Below are positions 35,411 to 49,105 of a stretch of 64,000 bases of DNA, in pieces (position 1 is the stretch's first letter; each line of letters starts with the position of its first letter). Below the pieces are notes generated by a model that saw only the letters and a list, made by a program, of their open reading frames with translations, did no database searches and had not been told where the DNA came from. A program made the position numbers and the translations under genes. The stretch is taken from contig OZ231126.1 of the NCBI GenBank assembly GCA_965153355.1, positions 6,014,001 through 6,078,000 of the forward strand, written 5' to 3'. This DNA comes from Flaccisagitta enflata. Lineage: Eukaryota.

Positions 35411-38377
35411 CTGGGCTGGATCAACCTAAGCTAAGGGCTAAAACCTAAGGGCTAAAAGGGCTAAGCCCCGGGCCTCGCGCTTTGGTGGGGCCTCGCGCAT
35501 AAGGGGGAGAAAAGGGAAAAGGGGGTAAGGAGAGAAAAAAAAAAGAAAGAAAAAAGAAAAAAAGAAGAAGAGAAAGAAAAAAGAAGAAAAAGAAAAATGA
35601 GGAAAAGTCGCTGTGGGAATGTGATGAGAGGGGCAGCGGCCGCAGAGGGGCCGATGACCTATGATTCCACATAGGACAATTTTATCCGGTTTGAGAAGCT
35701 AGTTTAGAGGGCTAAGAGACCTGATTTTGGGTCTGAAAGGTCTGATTTAGGCGTGGTTTGGGGTCTGGGAGGCTTGATTTGGGGTTTGAAAGGACTGATC
35801 TGGGTCTGAGGGGTCTAATTTGGGGTCTGAAATGCCTAATTTGGGGTCTGAGGCCTAAATTGGGGTCTGAGAAGCTTGATCTTTGGTCTGAGAAGCTTGA
35901 CCTATGATCTGGGAGGCCTGATTTGGGGTCTGAGAGGCCTATTTTAGGGTCTGGGAGGCCTAATTTGTGGTCTGAGAGGCCTTATTTGAGGCTGGGGGGA
36001 AAGGGGGGACGCACGGAAAACAGAAACCGGAGAAAATTGCCCTATGTGGAATCATAGGTCATCGGCCCCTCCGGGGCCGCTGCCCAAAGAGGAGAAAGCA
36101 AAGTGACGCGGGGTCACAATATCGTTGCGGATGGGTGGGCAGGGGCATTCAACCCCCATCCACACCCAAACCCACTCCAAATATTTATTCAAACATACAC
36201 AAAAAGTATCAAATACGCTTGTTTTCCCACATTTCAATTCAATGAACCCGGACGGAGGGACGGACGGACGGACAAAGCCTCTCATAGAGTTGCATGTCCG
36301 CAACTAAACAGAAGTGAGCAACAAAAAAAAAAAAAAAAAAAAAGAAAAGGAAAAAGAAAAAAAAGAGACGAGGACAAAGAAAGAAAAAAAGGCCGGATAC
36401 ACGGCCAATACCAGTCGCGGATGGGTAGGCAGGGGCGGAAATGCGTGTTTTCCCACTTTTCGACTCGATCACCATGGCCCAACTGACCAACCGACGGACG
36501 GACAAAGCCTCTTATAGAGTCGCTAGTCCGCGACTAAAAAAGACTTATCATGTGTTAAGCTATAGCAATTGTCTTTTCTTGTGAATATGCATGTTTTCTT
36601 GTGCAATGATTTATTTGATCATGAATTGTAGATTGATTCAATATTCTGGGCAATGGTTCCTTGGGAAGCTTGAGCATCAACTCTGAAGTTATTTGTCAAT
36701 GAGCCTTTCACCAATTGCTGCATGCTGGTGTAATAGATGACTATGGCAAAAAAATTTTGCAGAGATTTTCAAACAACCAAAAATGGTAGTGAATATCAAA
36801 CAATTTGGATAAAAATTGAGGTATTACTAAGCCAAAAAATCATCAAGATGCCGTAAAAAATCAAGGATCTACTCTAAACCGCTTGGCAACATTTTCAGTC
36901 GCGGACAGGCAACTCTGCACCTTGCCGTGTCGGTCGGTCGGTCAGTCTGTCCATCCATCACATTTTTAGTCCGTCCGTCCGTCCATTGGTCGGTCCGTGG
37001 TGATCGAGTTGGAAAGTCTGAAAACACGCATTTCCGCCCCTGCCCACCCGTCCACGACTGGTATCGGCCGTTTATCCGGCCTTGTTGAATTCCGAGCGGT
37101 TTTTGCAATACTGCTCCTGCCTAACCTTCCGCTACTGGATTGCCGTGTATCCGGCCTTGTTAGTTGCGTGCTACGTGACTCTCAGCCATTTTTAAGTTGG
37201 TCCATCGGTCGGTCTGTTGGCGGTCCGTTACAAAACTTATTTTAAGGCTTTTTAAAGCGTTTTTAGTTGCGTGCTACGCGACTCTATAAGCCACTTAGTG
37301 GTGATCCATCGGTTGGTTGGTTGGTCAGTCCGTAACAAAAATGTTATTGAATGTTTCTAAGGCATTTATACGCCTCTATAAGCCACTTTTTAGGTGCGAC
37401 AAAGCACCTCTATAACTGGCTGTGTCCGTTGGTTGGTCTGTGGTCTGTCGGGTAACGCATTTGTTCGACGTTCCACACGTCGCACCTTATTGGCCTACTT
37501 GGCCTTGTTGGTTGGTCAGTTGGTCTGTCCGTCACGATGTTATTTAAAAGGTGTTTCACCCAATTCAAAAACATTTTGAGTGTTTTTGAATGTCCTTCAA
37601 ACACCTCTTTAAGCCACTTTTTGGTCTGTTTGTTTGTCCATCCTGTCAGTCAATCCATCCGTCGGTCCTTCCCTCTGTCTGTCCTTCCATCTGCTGTCTG
37701 TCCATTTGTGCACACGTCCGTTGGTCTGTCAGTCAGTTTGAACATCCGTCTATCTGTTCAACCATTTGTCAGTCTGTCCATTGGTTTGTCACGAAATTGT
37801 AGCAGCTAAAGAATCATGCAGAAATTCCAAAAACTTAAGCCATAAGAACATTTTTCCTTTAATTTATCAATTTCTTAACTTCGTTTTTTATAAACTAAAT
37901 GGAGGAATTTGTTAATTTTTATACCTACCCATCTACACAGTATACATAAGCTTCATTTTAGTTTCATGAAAATCGGACAATGTTAAGTATGGTTTTACAT
38001 AACTTTTGTTTTCTGCAAAATTATTTTTTTTGCCTTGGTTTGATAGTTATAATAATATTTGGGTACCATCTGCTCATATATGGTTAATCTGATCATTACA
38101 GAACCAATCAGTGCCATTTCGACAATCTGCTTCTGCAACGATACCTTGAAGATGCTTGTGTATGTTTTTTTGAGGATTCAAAGGAAAAAAGAATAAAATC
38201 ATATTGCATATCAGAAACTTTGAATTTCAAGGAGCTTGGCTGCACAAAAAGCAATAGCCAGTACAGAGAAGTTTGTCTGGATGTGCTGCAATAGGGGGGG
38301 GGGAGCTGGGCTTTTGGGAGAGAGAGGCCTCGCCCCACCAAGTGCCCAGGGCCTTGCAAATGGTTGATCCGGCCCAG
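35411..38377. mobile_element. hAT-like non-autonomous element packed with nested short repeats
   Basis: TIR CTGGGC(T/C)GGATCAACC, 8-bp TSD CACCAAAG (35403-35410, 38378-38385), GC-rich GGGCC subterminal motifs. Confidence 0.75.
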
Positions 38378-40799
38378 CACCAAAGCCTGGTCCAAGAAAA
38401 ATATAACAGACCCAAAAATACAAAATAATTGCAAAAGCGCATAAACGCAAAAGCATTAGATGTTCAGCGGTACCCTTGCAGTGCCTGAGTAAGTTGTACC
38501 TGAAGGAGTCAATGATATGATCTATGCAGCACACATATGGGGAATTTTCTCCTTCTCGATCCTTCTCCTCCTCCATCACTCCCCCTCAAATCCCAGTCTC
38601 AAGGCCCAAATTCCAGTCTCGAGGCCCAAAAATCAGTCTTGAGACCCCAATCCTAGCCTCAAGGACCAAATTCAAGCCTCAAGGCCCAAATCCCACCCTG
38701 GAGTTCCAGCTTCCAACCTTAAGCCCTAAATCTGGGTCCCTTGGCTGAGAGTTGGACCTCTAGACTGGGATTTGGACCTTGAGGGGGGGAGGGGTAGAAA
38801 GGAGGAAAAATTTCCCATATGTGTGAAAGCAGGTCATAGACCCCTTTGGAGTCGCTGCCCAAAACAAGTCATTCTAGGATTGTATATGGTCACTGGTCAG
38901 CAGAACCCGATGCTCTGCTTGCAGTGATTAGCTGAAGAAGTGGAGTGAGAACAGGGCAGCGGCCCTAAAAGGGCGAAGTCTTGTAGGACACAGGGGTGAA
39001 TTTCCTTACATCCATCCATCCTGAGAGGTCAGATTTTAGGCCTAAGAGGGTAATTTTGAGGAGTCATGGGGCCTATTTCAGGCCAGAGGGATAAATTCAA
39101 GCTTGGGAGGGATGATTTATGATTCTAGAGGGCTGGTCTTGAGCCAAAGAGGGCTGATTTTGGATCTGAGAGAGCCAATTAAGGATCTGATAAGGGTGAT
39201 TTTAGGTCTGAGAGGGTTGATATGTGCCTCTTAGGCCTGAATGAAGCAGATTTGGAATTAAAAGGCCTAGGGGGGACGTAAGAATGAATGTATGTACAGA
39301 CAAACAAAATGAAAATGAAATTCCCCCCTGTGTCCAACAGGACATCGGTCCCTTGGGACCGCTGCCCAAAAACGATGAGACATGACTCTTCCATCAATGT
39401 TGACACGCAGACGCCCCATTTTCGAGCATAGAGATGAATTTTGAAGTGCCCGGACACTACATCACCGCCAAAAAACACAGGTGGCTACGTGTCAAAAACA
39501 ATCTCATATAATTCCCAGGCCACCATTGTAAAGAACAATCAAACTACGAGCATTATATTCAGAATTGCAAATAAACATCTGTTTACCAATTATTGAGACA
39601 AAATCAATCTGTCAAATCTAAACAAAGATATTCTACGACATGTGGATTTTTCCACCGCTTTGGGCTTGAAAAAAATCTTTATTTTGCCCATGAATTTTAC
39701 CTGGATTGCTTGAGGCAAAATCGAAGGAGATAAAAGATGGTAAAAAAATTCCCTATGCAGATCGTTGCAAAATTACAAAAAAAATACCAATAAAATCTTT
39801 GTTACGAAAGAAAATACCTGTAAAATCTATATTACCAAAAAAATACCTATAAAATCTACATTACCAAAATAATACCTATAAAATCGATATAAGAATAGAC
39901 AATTAGATGCGGATTTCGCTTTTGAAAAGTTTTTTCAACTTTTATGATATGCCCATGGATTTCAATCGATTCCATAAAGTGATGGTTTTCAAAATTCAAA
40001 CTAAATCTGTAGAAAAATTGACAACTGCGTGTTGCTTACTAGTGGTTTAGAGGTAATAAAGTCGAAAACAAGCAACCAAATTGGGGCAATATATAGAAAT
40101 TGATGTGGAACATACCAGGAAATACTCATCTAATATCCAATATTTTATTGATGCTCACAAGCAGTAATGAAGCATCTACAATTGTAGCACTACTGTCTCA
40201 ATGATTGGTAAACAGATGTTGCGAGGTGGCCGGGGTGAAACAAGATTACTACCACTGTGCGCCGTGAGTTAAGCACGACAAACCGACCGACAGAGGTCAT
40301 GAGTTCTTATAGATGTACTTTGGCCGTTTGGCGCACGTCAAAAGAATGAACAAGGCAAAGTAGGCCAATAAGGTGCGACGTGTGGATCGTCATACGAATG
40401 CGTGACAGACAGACGGACGGACACAGCCAGTTATCGTGGTGCTTTGTCGCACCTAATAAGTTTGTCTTGGATATCACATGGGCGGTCCTTTTTTCCTGTT
40501 TCTGACTTTCTGCCTATATGTGTCTATCTTTGTCAGTCCATCTGTCTATCTTCAAATCGGTCCTGACGGGACAGGCTTTACATCCGAGGCAGTCATCCAC
40601 ATTTTATACCCTTCCAATGAAGTATGATGGGAAGAGAGAATCTTTTTTTAGTCGCGTGCACGCGACTCTACAACCCGCTCCGTCGGTCTGTCCGTCCGTC
40701 GGTCGGTCGGTAACACTTAGCTTTTTTGCGTCGTTTTTGGTCATTTTGGGTTATCTGGAGTTATTTCGAGTCATTTTAAGTCATCTGAAGACTTACTCT

Positions 40800-41043
40800 C
40801 AGTCTGGTCTAAGTCTGGTCTAAGTCTGGTCTAAGTCTGGTCTAAGTCTGGTCTAAGTCTGGTCTAAGTCTGGTCTAAGTCTGGTCTAAGTCTGGTCTAA
40901 GTCTGGTCTAAGTCTGGTCTAAGTCTGGTTTTAGTCTGGTTTTAGTCTGGTTTTAGTCTGGTTTTAGTCTGGTTTTAGTCTGGTTTTAGTCTGGTTTAAG
41001 TCTGGTTTAAGTCTGGTTTAAGTCTGGTTTAAGTCTGGTTTAA
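40800..41043. repeat. 10-bp tandem array (AGTCTGGTCT/AGTCTGGTTT variants) inside a HINE-like element
   Basis: About 24 units in three sequence blocks. Confidence 0.95.
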
Positions 41044-41939
41044 GCCAATAAAGTGATACAAGAAGGAGTCAGGTCAATTCAGTTATCTTTGTCTGGCACG
41101 CGACTTGTTTACTCTGCCTTCATTCTCTAGGATGACCTCAATTTTATGCGCAGCAAAGAAAGCTACCTAACGAGCAGCTGAGCATGGCATTGCTTCCAAA
41201 ACTAATTCACTCATGACAACCTTCATTTAGGTTTTTCGATCAAAACAATTAAAGAAAACAATGAGAGATGGAAGAAGATGAAATTCAATATAAGTGTAGG
41301 CGAACCAGCTGGATACAATGAAACAAACACATCACACAGGAGACCACAGCGCGACCACAAGGGACCACCAAACGCGACCACAGAACTCCAAATCTAACCA
41401 ACAATTAAGCATTTTTAAAGACGAGTTATTGTTTAGACATTTAGAACATACTTTCATATTTACAGCCCTAACAGTGAAAGTTTAAAATAAAATGGTGCAT
41501 TATATAATATGCAGTGTTTGAATAAAGGCAGAAGATATTCATGAAACAAATAAATAAAGCATCCAAATTCCAAGATTCAACGCGTCATCTCGCATCAAAT
41601 TTGCGGCACAAATGATGACAAAGGGTAAGAGACCAATAAGATTAACCATAAAGGCACCGTACAAATTCCAATGACCAGCAGAAATACATGTACAGAGGAG
41701 TCTTTTTTTTCAATGCATCTCCTTTTATGTGCATCTCAGGATGTTTAGTTGACTGCCTGTTTTTGTCATTCAATCTGTCTCTCTGCTTCTCTTTCTTGGT
41801 CTTCCTTGGTCTTTGAAGTTGTGTGTGTGTGTGTGTGTTTGTCCTCTGTCTCACTCTCTCTCTCTTATCTGGACCTTGCATGTGTATGTGTTTGAGGGTA
41901 ATGTGTCTTTCTTTGTCTTTCTCTTTGTCTTTCCCTTTC

Positions 41940-41980
<41 letters not shown>

Positions 41981-43000
41981 ATGCAGAGTAAAATGCAAAG
42001 CTAGCGTCATAAAAGTTTGGGTAATTTCTGTAACATCTTGACTCTTTCTCTTGTTGTTAATAGGTCGAAAAATAGGATCAATGAAAAATCTTGATATTTG
42101 CAAAATGCAAAATATAAAAAGATTAAAAATTCATAGCGCCAAAATTAATGATCGAGACTTTGGTTCGCCATTTGAAAGAGGAAAATGTTTCTTACATGAA
42201 TATCAAAAATGTGTCATCCCAGTCAGGAAATGGCTCAACTTTCTCAAATTCCTCAAATCGAAAATGGAAAACCCGATTTCTCCCCTACGTTTCAAAAAGT
42301 CGAATTCGTAATTCGACTTTTTTCCAATAACCATAAAGGCACCGTACAAATTCCAATGACCAGCAGAAATACATGTACTCCATGAAAGTGGAACCGTTAT
42401 CTCAGGAAAGGGGCTGGTCGATGGCATTTGACCGTTCATCGACCGACGATTAAGTATGAGAGGTATGCTTACGTGATGCTGAGACTCAATTTTGAGTGAC
42501 GTCAATTCAATGTAGGAAAATATGACGAAAAATTTTTTTTTCTGCAAACCCCCGGGTCATGGTATCAATCAATGCAGAATATCAAGAGCTTTCGATTGAT
42601 ACCCTATATAGCATGTTTTTACCATTTTTATAACAAATGTGGCCCTATGATGTATTGACTGCCCTAAATTCGAGCCTGTCACTTTTTTTTATTTCGCTTT
42701 CCTACTGACTGTGAACCTCTTAGCGACGCAAATTTGTCAATTGACATAAAGCATACCATACTGACATTACTGATAGTTATGTCGCCTATCAATGTCTACC
42801 TAAACGAATGTAGTTGAGCGTTTTCTCACCACAATAATGATAGGTGGATGATCAGAATTACTCTTTAAGTTAAGCGGAAATGGCGTTTTAAAAAACCATA
42901 AAAAACGGGAACCGTAACTGGCAGGGGCGGCGGTAAGATTGATGCCTGCCTGCCAGGTCTGCGTCTGTCCGTGCAGTGTGCACATACGTGCGTGAGAGAG

Positions 43001-43060
<60 letters not shown>

Positions 43061-43104
43061 CACACACACACACACATACATACACACATTATTACACAAT
43101 ACAG

Positions 43105-43137
<33 letters not shown>

Positions 43138-43142
<5 letters not shown>

Positions 43143-43468
43143 AAGGGATGCGATCCAGGATGCGAATGCGAACGCATAGGATGAAAGATTTTAAGTAATG
43201 GCATTATGATGAGAAAATTTTTTGCTAAACGCGAATATGATGCGAACGTATTTGATGAAATATGGGAGTGGATGCGAACGCGCATCCTTACTAAAGCGTT
43301 CGCATCCATGCGCCTTTGCGTTTGCCTTGTCCTAAACCTTTAAACTCAAAACATGCTGACATTGAAAAAAATAACATTCCTACATATTTTGTTCTCCTAA
43401 CTCGGAAAATTTTCTCTTTTACTGTTGTCCATCCATCCCTTTGTTTGTTGCTTTATAAGATGGAGCGG

Positions 43469-43520
<52 letters not shown>

Positions 43521-44920
43521 GTGCGAGCATATGCTTGGGGAGGGAAGGTCGTTCCACGATAATATTGCGACCCCGGCCCTGTTAATTTGTTTTAGATGGG
43601 ACACACAACTCTAAAAGAGGCTTTGTCCGTCCATTTGTTGGTCTGTCAGCATGAATCGAAAAGTGGGAAAATGAGACACGCCACGGGGGAGGCTTTCATA
43701 GGTCAAGAAAAATTCTCGGTCATAATGGAGAGTGGTTTTGGCCTTAGGAAGGTTTACCAAAACGAAAATTTTTTTACTTCAAAATTTTTTATAATGCCGT
43801 AAAATGCCGTAAAAAGCCGTACAATTGGCATTTTTGACAGTTTTTGGGTCCAAAATCCACTATGTCAAAAATGGGCAAACAATGATTATCTGGCACTAAA
43901 ACATATTCATGCATAAATACATGCCAACTCGTCATCAAAAATGCCATTTTTACGGCTACGGAATTTTACGGCACAAAATGATACTAAATGATGTCAGGTT
44001 GGCATGTATTTCTGCATGAATGTGTCTTAGTGCCAGATAATCATTGTTTGCCTATTTTTTTACAAAAGTGCCAATTTTACGGCTTTTTACGGCATTTTAG
44101 GGCATTTCAAAAAAATTTTGAAATAAAAAAAATTTTGTTTTGATATAAAGTGATAAAGTAAACCTTCCTGAGGCCCAAACCACTCTCCATTTTGACCGAG
44201 AATTTTTCTTGACCTATGAAAGCCTCTCCCGTGGCGTGGAGATTTTTAGAAGCTTTTTAGTTGCGGACATGCAACTCTATAAGAGGCTTTGTCCGTTCGT
44301 CCATCTGTCTGTCCGTTGGTCCATTGGTCTGTCAGTCCGTCGGTCAATCAGTAAGAGTCAAAAAGTGGGAAAATGAGCGTTTTGTTTACTTTTGGTGTAT
44401 TTGTGGGGTATTGGGGTGTGGATGGGGGTTGGACGCCCCTGCCAACCCGTCTGCAACGATATTGTGACCCCGCGTCACTTGATGTGTATAAGTCTGTGTT
44501 GAGAGGGAGTTGGGGCATTGGGTGTGAATGGGGGTTGCCCACCTGTTCACAACAATATTGTGACCCCGCGTCTCTTGTTTTAAAAGAAACAAGGCCGGAT
44601 ACATGGCCTTCAGTTGCGGATGGGTGGGCAGGGGCAGAAATGCGCGTTTTCCCACTCTTCAACTCGATCACCACGAACCGACCAACCGACCAACCGACCA
44701 ACCGACCAACCGACCAACCTACCAACCAACCAACGGATTGACGGACAAAGCCTCTTATAGAGTTGCGTGTACGCAACTAAGAAATGAAGGAAGCGTTGAA
44801 AACGCGTAACGCGAATGTGTTAGCAACCAAAAACGTTGGATGCGATGCGTAACACGATGCGCGAGCTGCTGGAAAACGTGAACGCGAACGCTTTTGAAAA
44901 TCCCGCGCATCCTTAGCCCT

Positions 44921-44921
<1 letters not shown>
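43138..44921. mobile_element. Possible hAT-like element inserted in a (CA)n microsatellite
   Basis: CAG..CTG termini with imperfect TIR (CAGGTAAGGGATGCG / CGCATCCTTAGCCCTG), GCGAACGC subterminal motifs, (CA)n on both flanks. Confidence 0.45.
43677..44238. mobile_element. Palindromic MITE, CAC..GTG termini, 4-bp TSD GAGA (Chapaev/CMC-like)
   Basis: Left half is the reverse complement of the right half (CACGCCACGGG.GAGGCTTTCATAGGTCAAGAAAAATTCTCGGTCA). Confidence 0.85.
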
Positions 44922-45015
<94 letters not shown>

Positions 45016-45654
45016 CAAAACCCGAAGCAGCAGTAAACGCGTTGCTAATCGTTTGCATCAATTTTACGCATTTCTTTTACTCGCGTGTTTGATTCTATCA
45101 TATTCATGGAACCCTCGCATGTTTTAAGTCACCGCGTTTTTTCGCGTCAAGAGAAAAATTTTCTGAAACCAGATTTGGAATCCTCAGACATTTTACAACA
45201 AGGCTATGTAGACTCCTTCGATTTACCAAGCCATTTGGAGACTCACAAAATGATTTTCTGGGTACTCCTCCTTTTTCTGAGTTTTTCATTGAATTTAACC
45301 AAAAAAAAATCGTGATACTGGTCATTCTGGTCAATGTTGAAGTTGATTTTAAGCGTATATTTGTAAAAAATACAATTTTCATACAACGACTAGGCTTAAT
45401 ATCGCGGTTTGCAAATTCTGACACTTTTTTTTTGCAATGAAATCATCGTGGTACCTCGCTTGATATTTCCCTATTCAATGACTTCTGTTTTGACTTTATG
45501 CAAAAGATATATGCAACCATTATGGTGAAGGTCCGCGCCGCTCTCATACCGCCATAAATATTTCTCCAGTTGATTTGTTGTTCTCGAAAAAGTCAATCTG
45601 TCTTAAGCCCATGCTGAACCCAACCTAACTCCAGATCAATTGTTTTAGGGATCA

Positions 45655-45830
45655 ATGCTTAAAATCAATTTTGCAACAACTTTCCCACAGTATGTTTTGT
45701 AAGAATGTCGCTCGTTTGGCCGTTGCTAGGGGTGGTCACACATAGTTACGCTCCCTTGAAACAGCCAATCGAGCGATATTCTTACAGAACATACTGTGGG
45801 AAAGTTGTTGCAAATTTGATTTTAAGCAAT
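45655..45830. repeat. Inverted repeat of ~70-bp arms (MITE core) downstream of the IkB gene
   Basis: TGCAACAACTTTCCCACAGTATGTT / AACATACTGTGGGAAAGTTGTTGCA. Confidence 0.75.
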
Positions 45831-46179
45831 GTTCCCTGAAAAAATTTCTAAAAATACTGATATTTTTGCGAGTATACATGGAAATGTGTTTCCATGACAA
45901 CCAGCTATCATGGGTAATAAAGCATCCTTTTATTAGTCTGTATTCCAAATATCACTCCCCTGACTTCATTTGTCTTTCCATAATACTTGCCCCCGTTATC
46001 TCAAGTCTAGACGGAATCTACTGTAAATGATAAGTAAGAAAGAATGAATAACCTTTCTAATTGACAAGACCGATCCAAAGAGTTAGCATTCTGACTTCTG
46101 TAACCTTGGTATCCGAAAAGTTTTTTCTTTTGTTTTTATGTTCCTTTTTTGTATTTTGCAAGGCGAAATTGAAATACGA

Positions 46180-49026
46180 TTACAACAAATTGGCAAAATC
46201 CTCGCTGGAGGATTGCTCGCAGTCAGACTCGTAATCCGATTCATCATGACGACCGCAGCCTTCGTCGTCGTCGTCGTCATCCATGCGGTCTTTCATACGG
46301 AAAGCCTGGATACCTCGACTGCGGTCGGCGCCGTAACTCCGAAGCAACGCCGCCAACGAAGTGAAACCACGCCCTTCGGCCAAACAAAGAGGAGTCGATC
46401 CGTCCATCGATTCGCTGTTTACATCGGCTTTGCAGTTCTGAAGGAGGGAGGAGGAGGAAAAGGAGGAGGAAAAGGAGAAAGAAAAGGAGAAGGAAAAGAA
46501 GCAGGAAGAGCAGGAGGAGGAGGAAGAGAAGGAAGAGGAAAAGAAAAGGAAAAGAGAAAAGGAAAAGAGAAGGAAAAGGAGAAGGAAGAAGAAGAAGAAA
46601 GATAAGGAGAGGGAAGAGAAGAAGGAAGAGAAGAAGGAATAGAAGAAGAAAGAGAAGAGGAAAGAGAAGAGAAAAGAGAAGAAGAAACAAGAGTAGTAGA
46701 AGAAGGAAGAAGAAGAAGAAGAAGAAGAAGAAGAAGAAGATGAAGAAAGAGAAACGGGGGGAAAAATCGTTTGAAAGAGAAAGAAAAAGGCAAAAGAAAA
46801 GGTTTTGAGTTTCTGTTGATGATTCATTTCCGCCCGTAACCACATAACATATGTAAACAACAAATTTGCGGTTTGATGAAAACCCTATGAATCATCGAGT
46901 ATATTAGGAATCGCTCAGACAAGCAGCCCAATAAAGACCAACATAAACATCCATCATTTCCGGCCAACACTGCTCACCTGTAGTAAATATTTGACGACAT
47001 CCGTGTCGCCTTTTTCAACGGCGAAATGCAGCGCTGTTCGGCCGCTTTTCGTGTCAGCCGCGTTGACGTCGGCTCCGTATCGGTACAATTCTTGCATGAT
47101 CCGCTTTCGTCTGGAAAGAAGAAAAAGATGAACTTTATAAATATAAAGCATTTTTTATTCTTAATTAATCCTTAATCTCTCTAATCTCTCAGCTCGTGCA
47201 TGATCAGTTTTCGTCTGGAGGCGGACAAAGACAAAGGGAACTTGATCATTGAAGTATGAAATCATTCTTGCCAATGACATCAGCGCCGTATCGAAACTGC
47301 ATGATCAGGCTTTTGCCGCTTCCGTCTGTGGGAAGAAGACAGAAGCCAAATAATGCGACGAAATACAATTCAAACCAATATAAAAAGAGCTCTGCGCTTA
47401 AAAAAACAAAGAGAAAAGGTCATTGACTTCGAGACCTGATTCCTCGAGATTGAACGATGAGGAGAAAAAAAAATCGTAGTTCATTGATTTATAAAAGAGA
47501 AAATTTGACAGACAGTTCAGTTGCACTGATAAAATTTTGTCCGGGGGTTACGCTCGTTTGTGTTAAGAAGAGAGAAAATTAAACATTTTTTGAGTATCAA
47601 CTAAACGGAGCTTTTACAAAGGACCAAAATCAAATAAGAATGTTTTCGTGAATGTCTATTGGCAATCTTATGCAACCAAATTGTCAGGCACACCTGCGAT
47701 CTCCAGAGCTAGACCCGTGTATCTGTGTGCATTACACAAACCTGTGTAAGGCGGCGAGATGGAAGCAAGTCAATCCATCGTAATTGGTCACTTCCAAATT
47801 CTGCGGTAGTCTTTGAAAGGGAGGCTTGTAGTCAGTGATGACGGGATCATCTCGGGACAAAGGACGGGTTAACGACACAACAGACTCCAAGTGCCTAAGT
47901 GAACAATTGGGAAGAGGAAAAGGAAGAAGTTAATACTCTGTTAGTAACACCTAACCCAATGTATACGGGTGCAGGGATGGTTCTCCGAACCATATCGTCC
48001 TTTTGGTCCTTCCAATAAATCCCATTTCTTCTTACCAAATAGGCAGTCCCACTGACAGTGACTCCCACTGTTCCAGCCCTGATTTAGTGATTTTGGCTCT
48101 CCACTATTTTTGCTTCTTTTTTTCTTGTTTCTTTTTCTTCTTTTTACTTCCTTTTTATCAAAAATGGTTTTCTTCTCATTTTTATCCTATCTCTCATCCC
48201 GCTAAACTTCGTCTTGCCTGTCGCGTAGGATTGCTACTCGGCTCAGCTGCCCAGAATCTGGATCTCTGCATCTACTTACTACCAAACTTACCCTCTAGAT
48301 GCGGCGATGTGTAGGGCGGTGTCTCCTCTGGCGTCTCTCTCCGCCACGTTGGCGCCGGCGACGATCAAATCCCTCAAGGAATTGGCGTTGTTGACTTTGG
48401 CGGCCAGATGGATCGGCGCTGACCAGGACTTGTTATGCATGTTCAATTGAGAAGGACTCGTGGCCCGACTGATTATGTACAAAGCCGCGTCTTCATCCTC
48501 GATCACTGTCATGTTCAGGAAAGAAGATTAAGAAAGATTAAGAAAGAAGATTAAGAAGAAGAAAGAAGATTAAGAAGAAGAAAGATGAGAGCGTGATATT
48601 ACATCCTCGATCACTGTCAAGTTCAAGAAAGAGAGAGAAAAGTTTGAGCGAGCATGATATAAAGGGGCTGGAAAATGTGAAATTGGCAGTAACAGGCGCT
48701 CATTAAGTTTTTTTTGGTCATCTCACGGTTTGAAGTTCAAATTTGATATTAGTTGTACATAGTGAGGGATGGTGTTCCTCCTATCATAAGGCAAGGGGCG
48801 GGAGAAAAGGGGGAAATGTACAGGATTTGCTAATTTGGTAAATATAACGATTTTGATTAAAGATTCGGTAGAGGGAAGCAAAGAACGAAAAAGAATGAAA
48901 GAGGAAGAAAAAGAGAGAGAGAGAGAAAAAGAGAGAGAAAGAAAGAGAGAAAGAGAGAGAAATAGAGAAAGAGAGAGAGGAAGGAGAGAAAGAAGTAGAG
49001 AAGGAGAAAGAAAGACAGAAAGAGTG

Positions 49027-49105
<79 letters not shown>

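Noticed and set aside
41645-42378. ~50-bp direct repeat at 41645 and 42330
   Set aside because: Too long for a TSD, no LTR termini or coding content; probably a local duplication in a decayed repeat.
38400-45600. Search for genes between the SLF2-like and IkB genes
   Set aside because: Only repeats and AT-rich sequence; no supportable exons or RNA genes seen.
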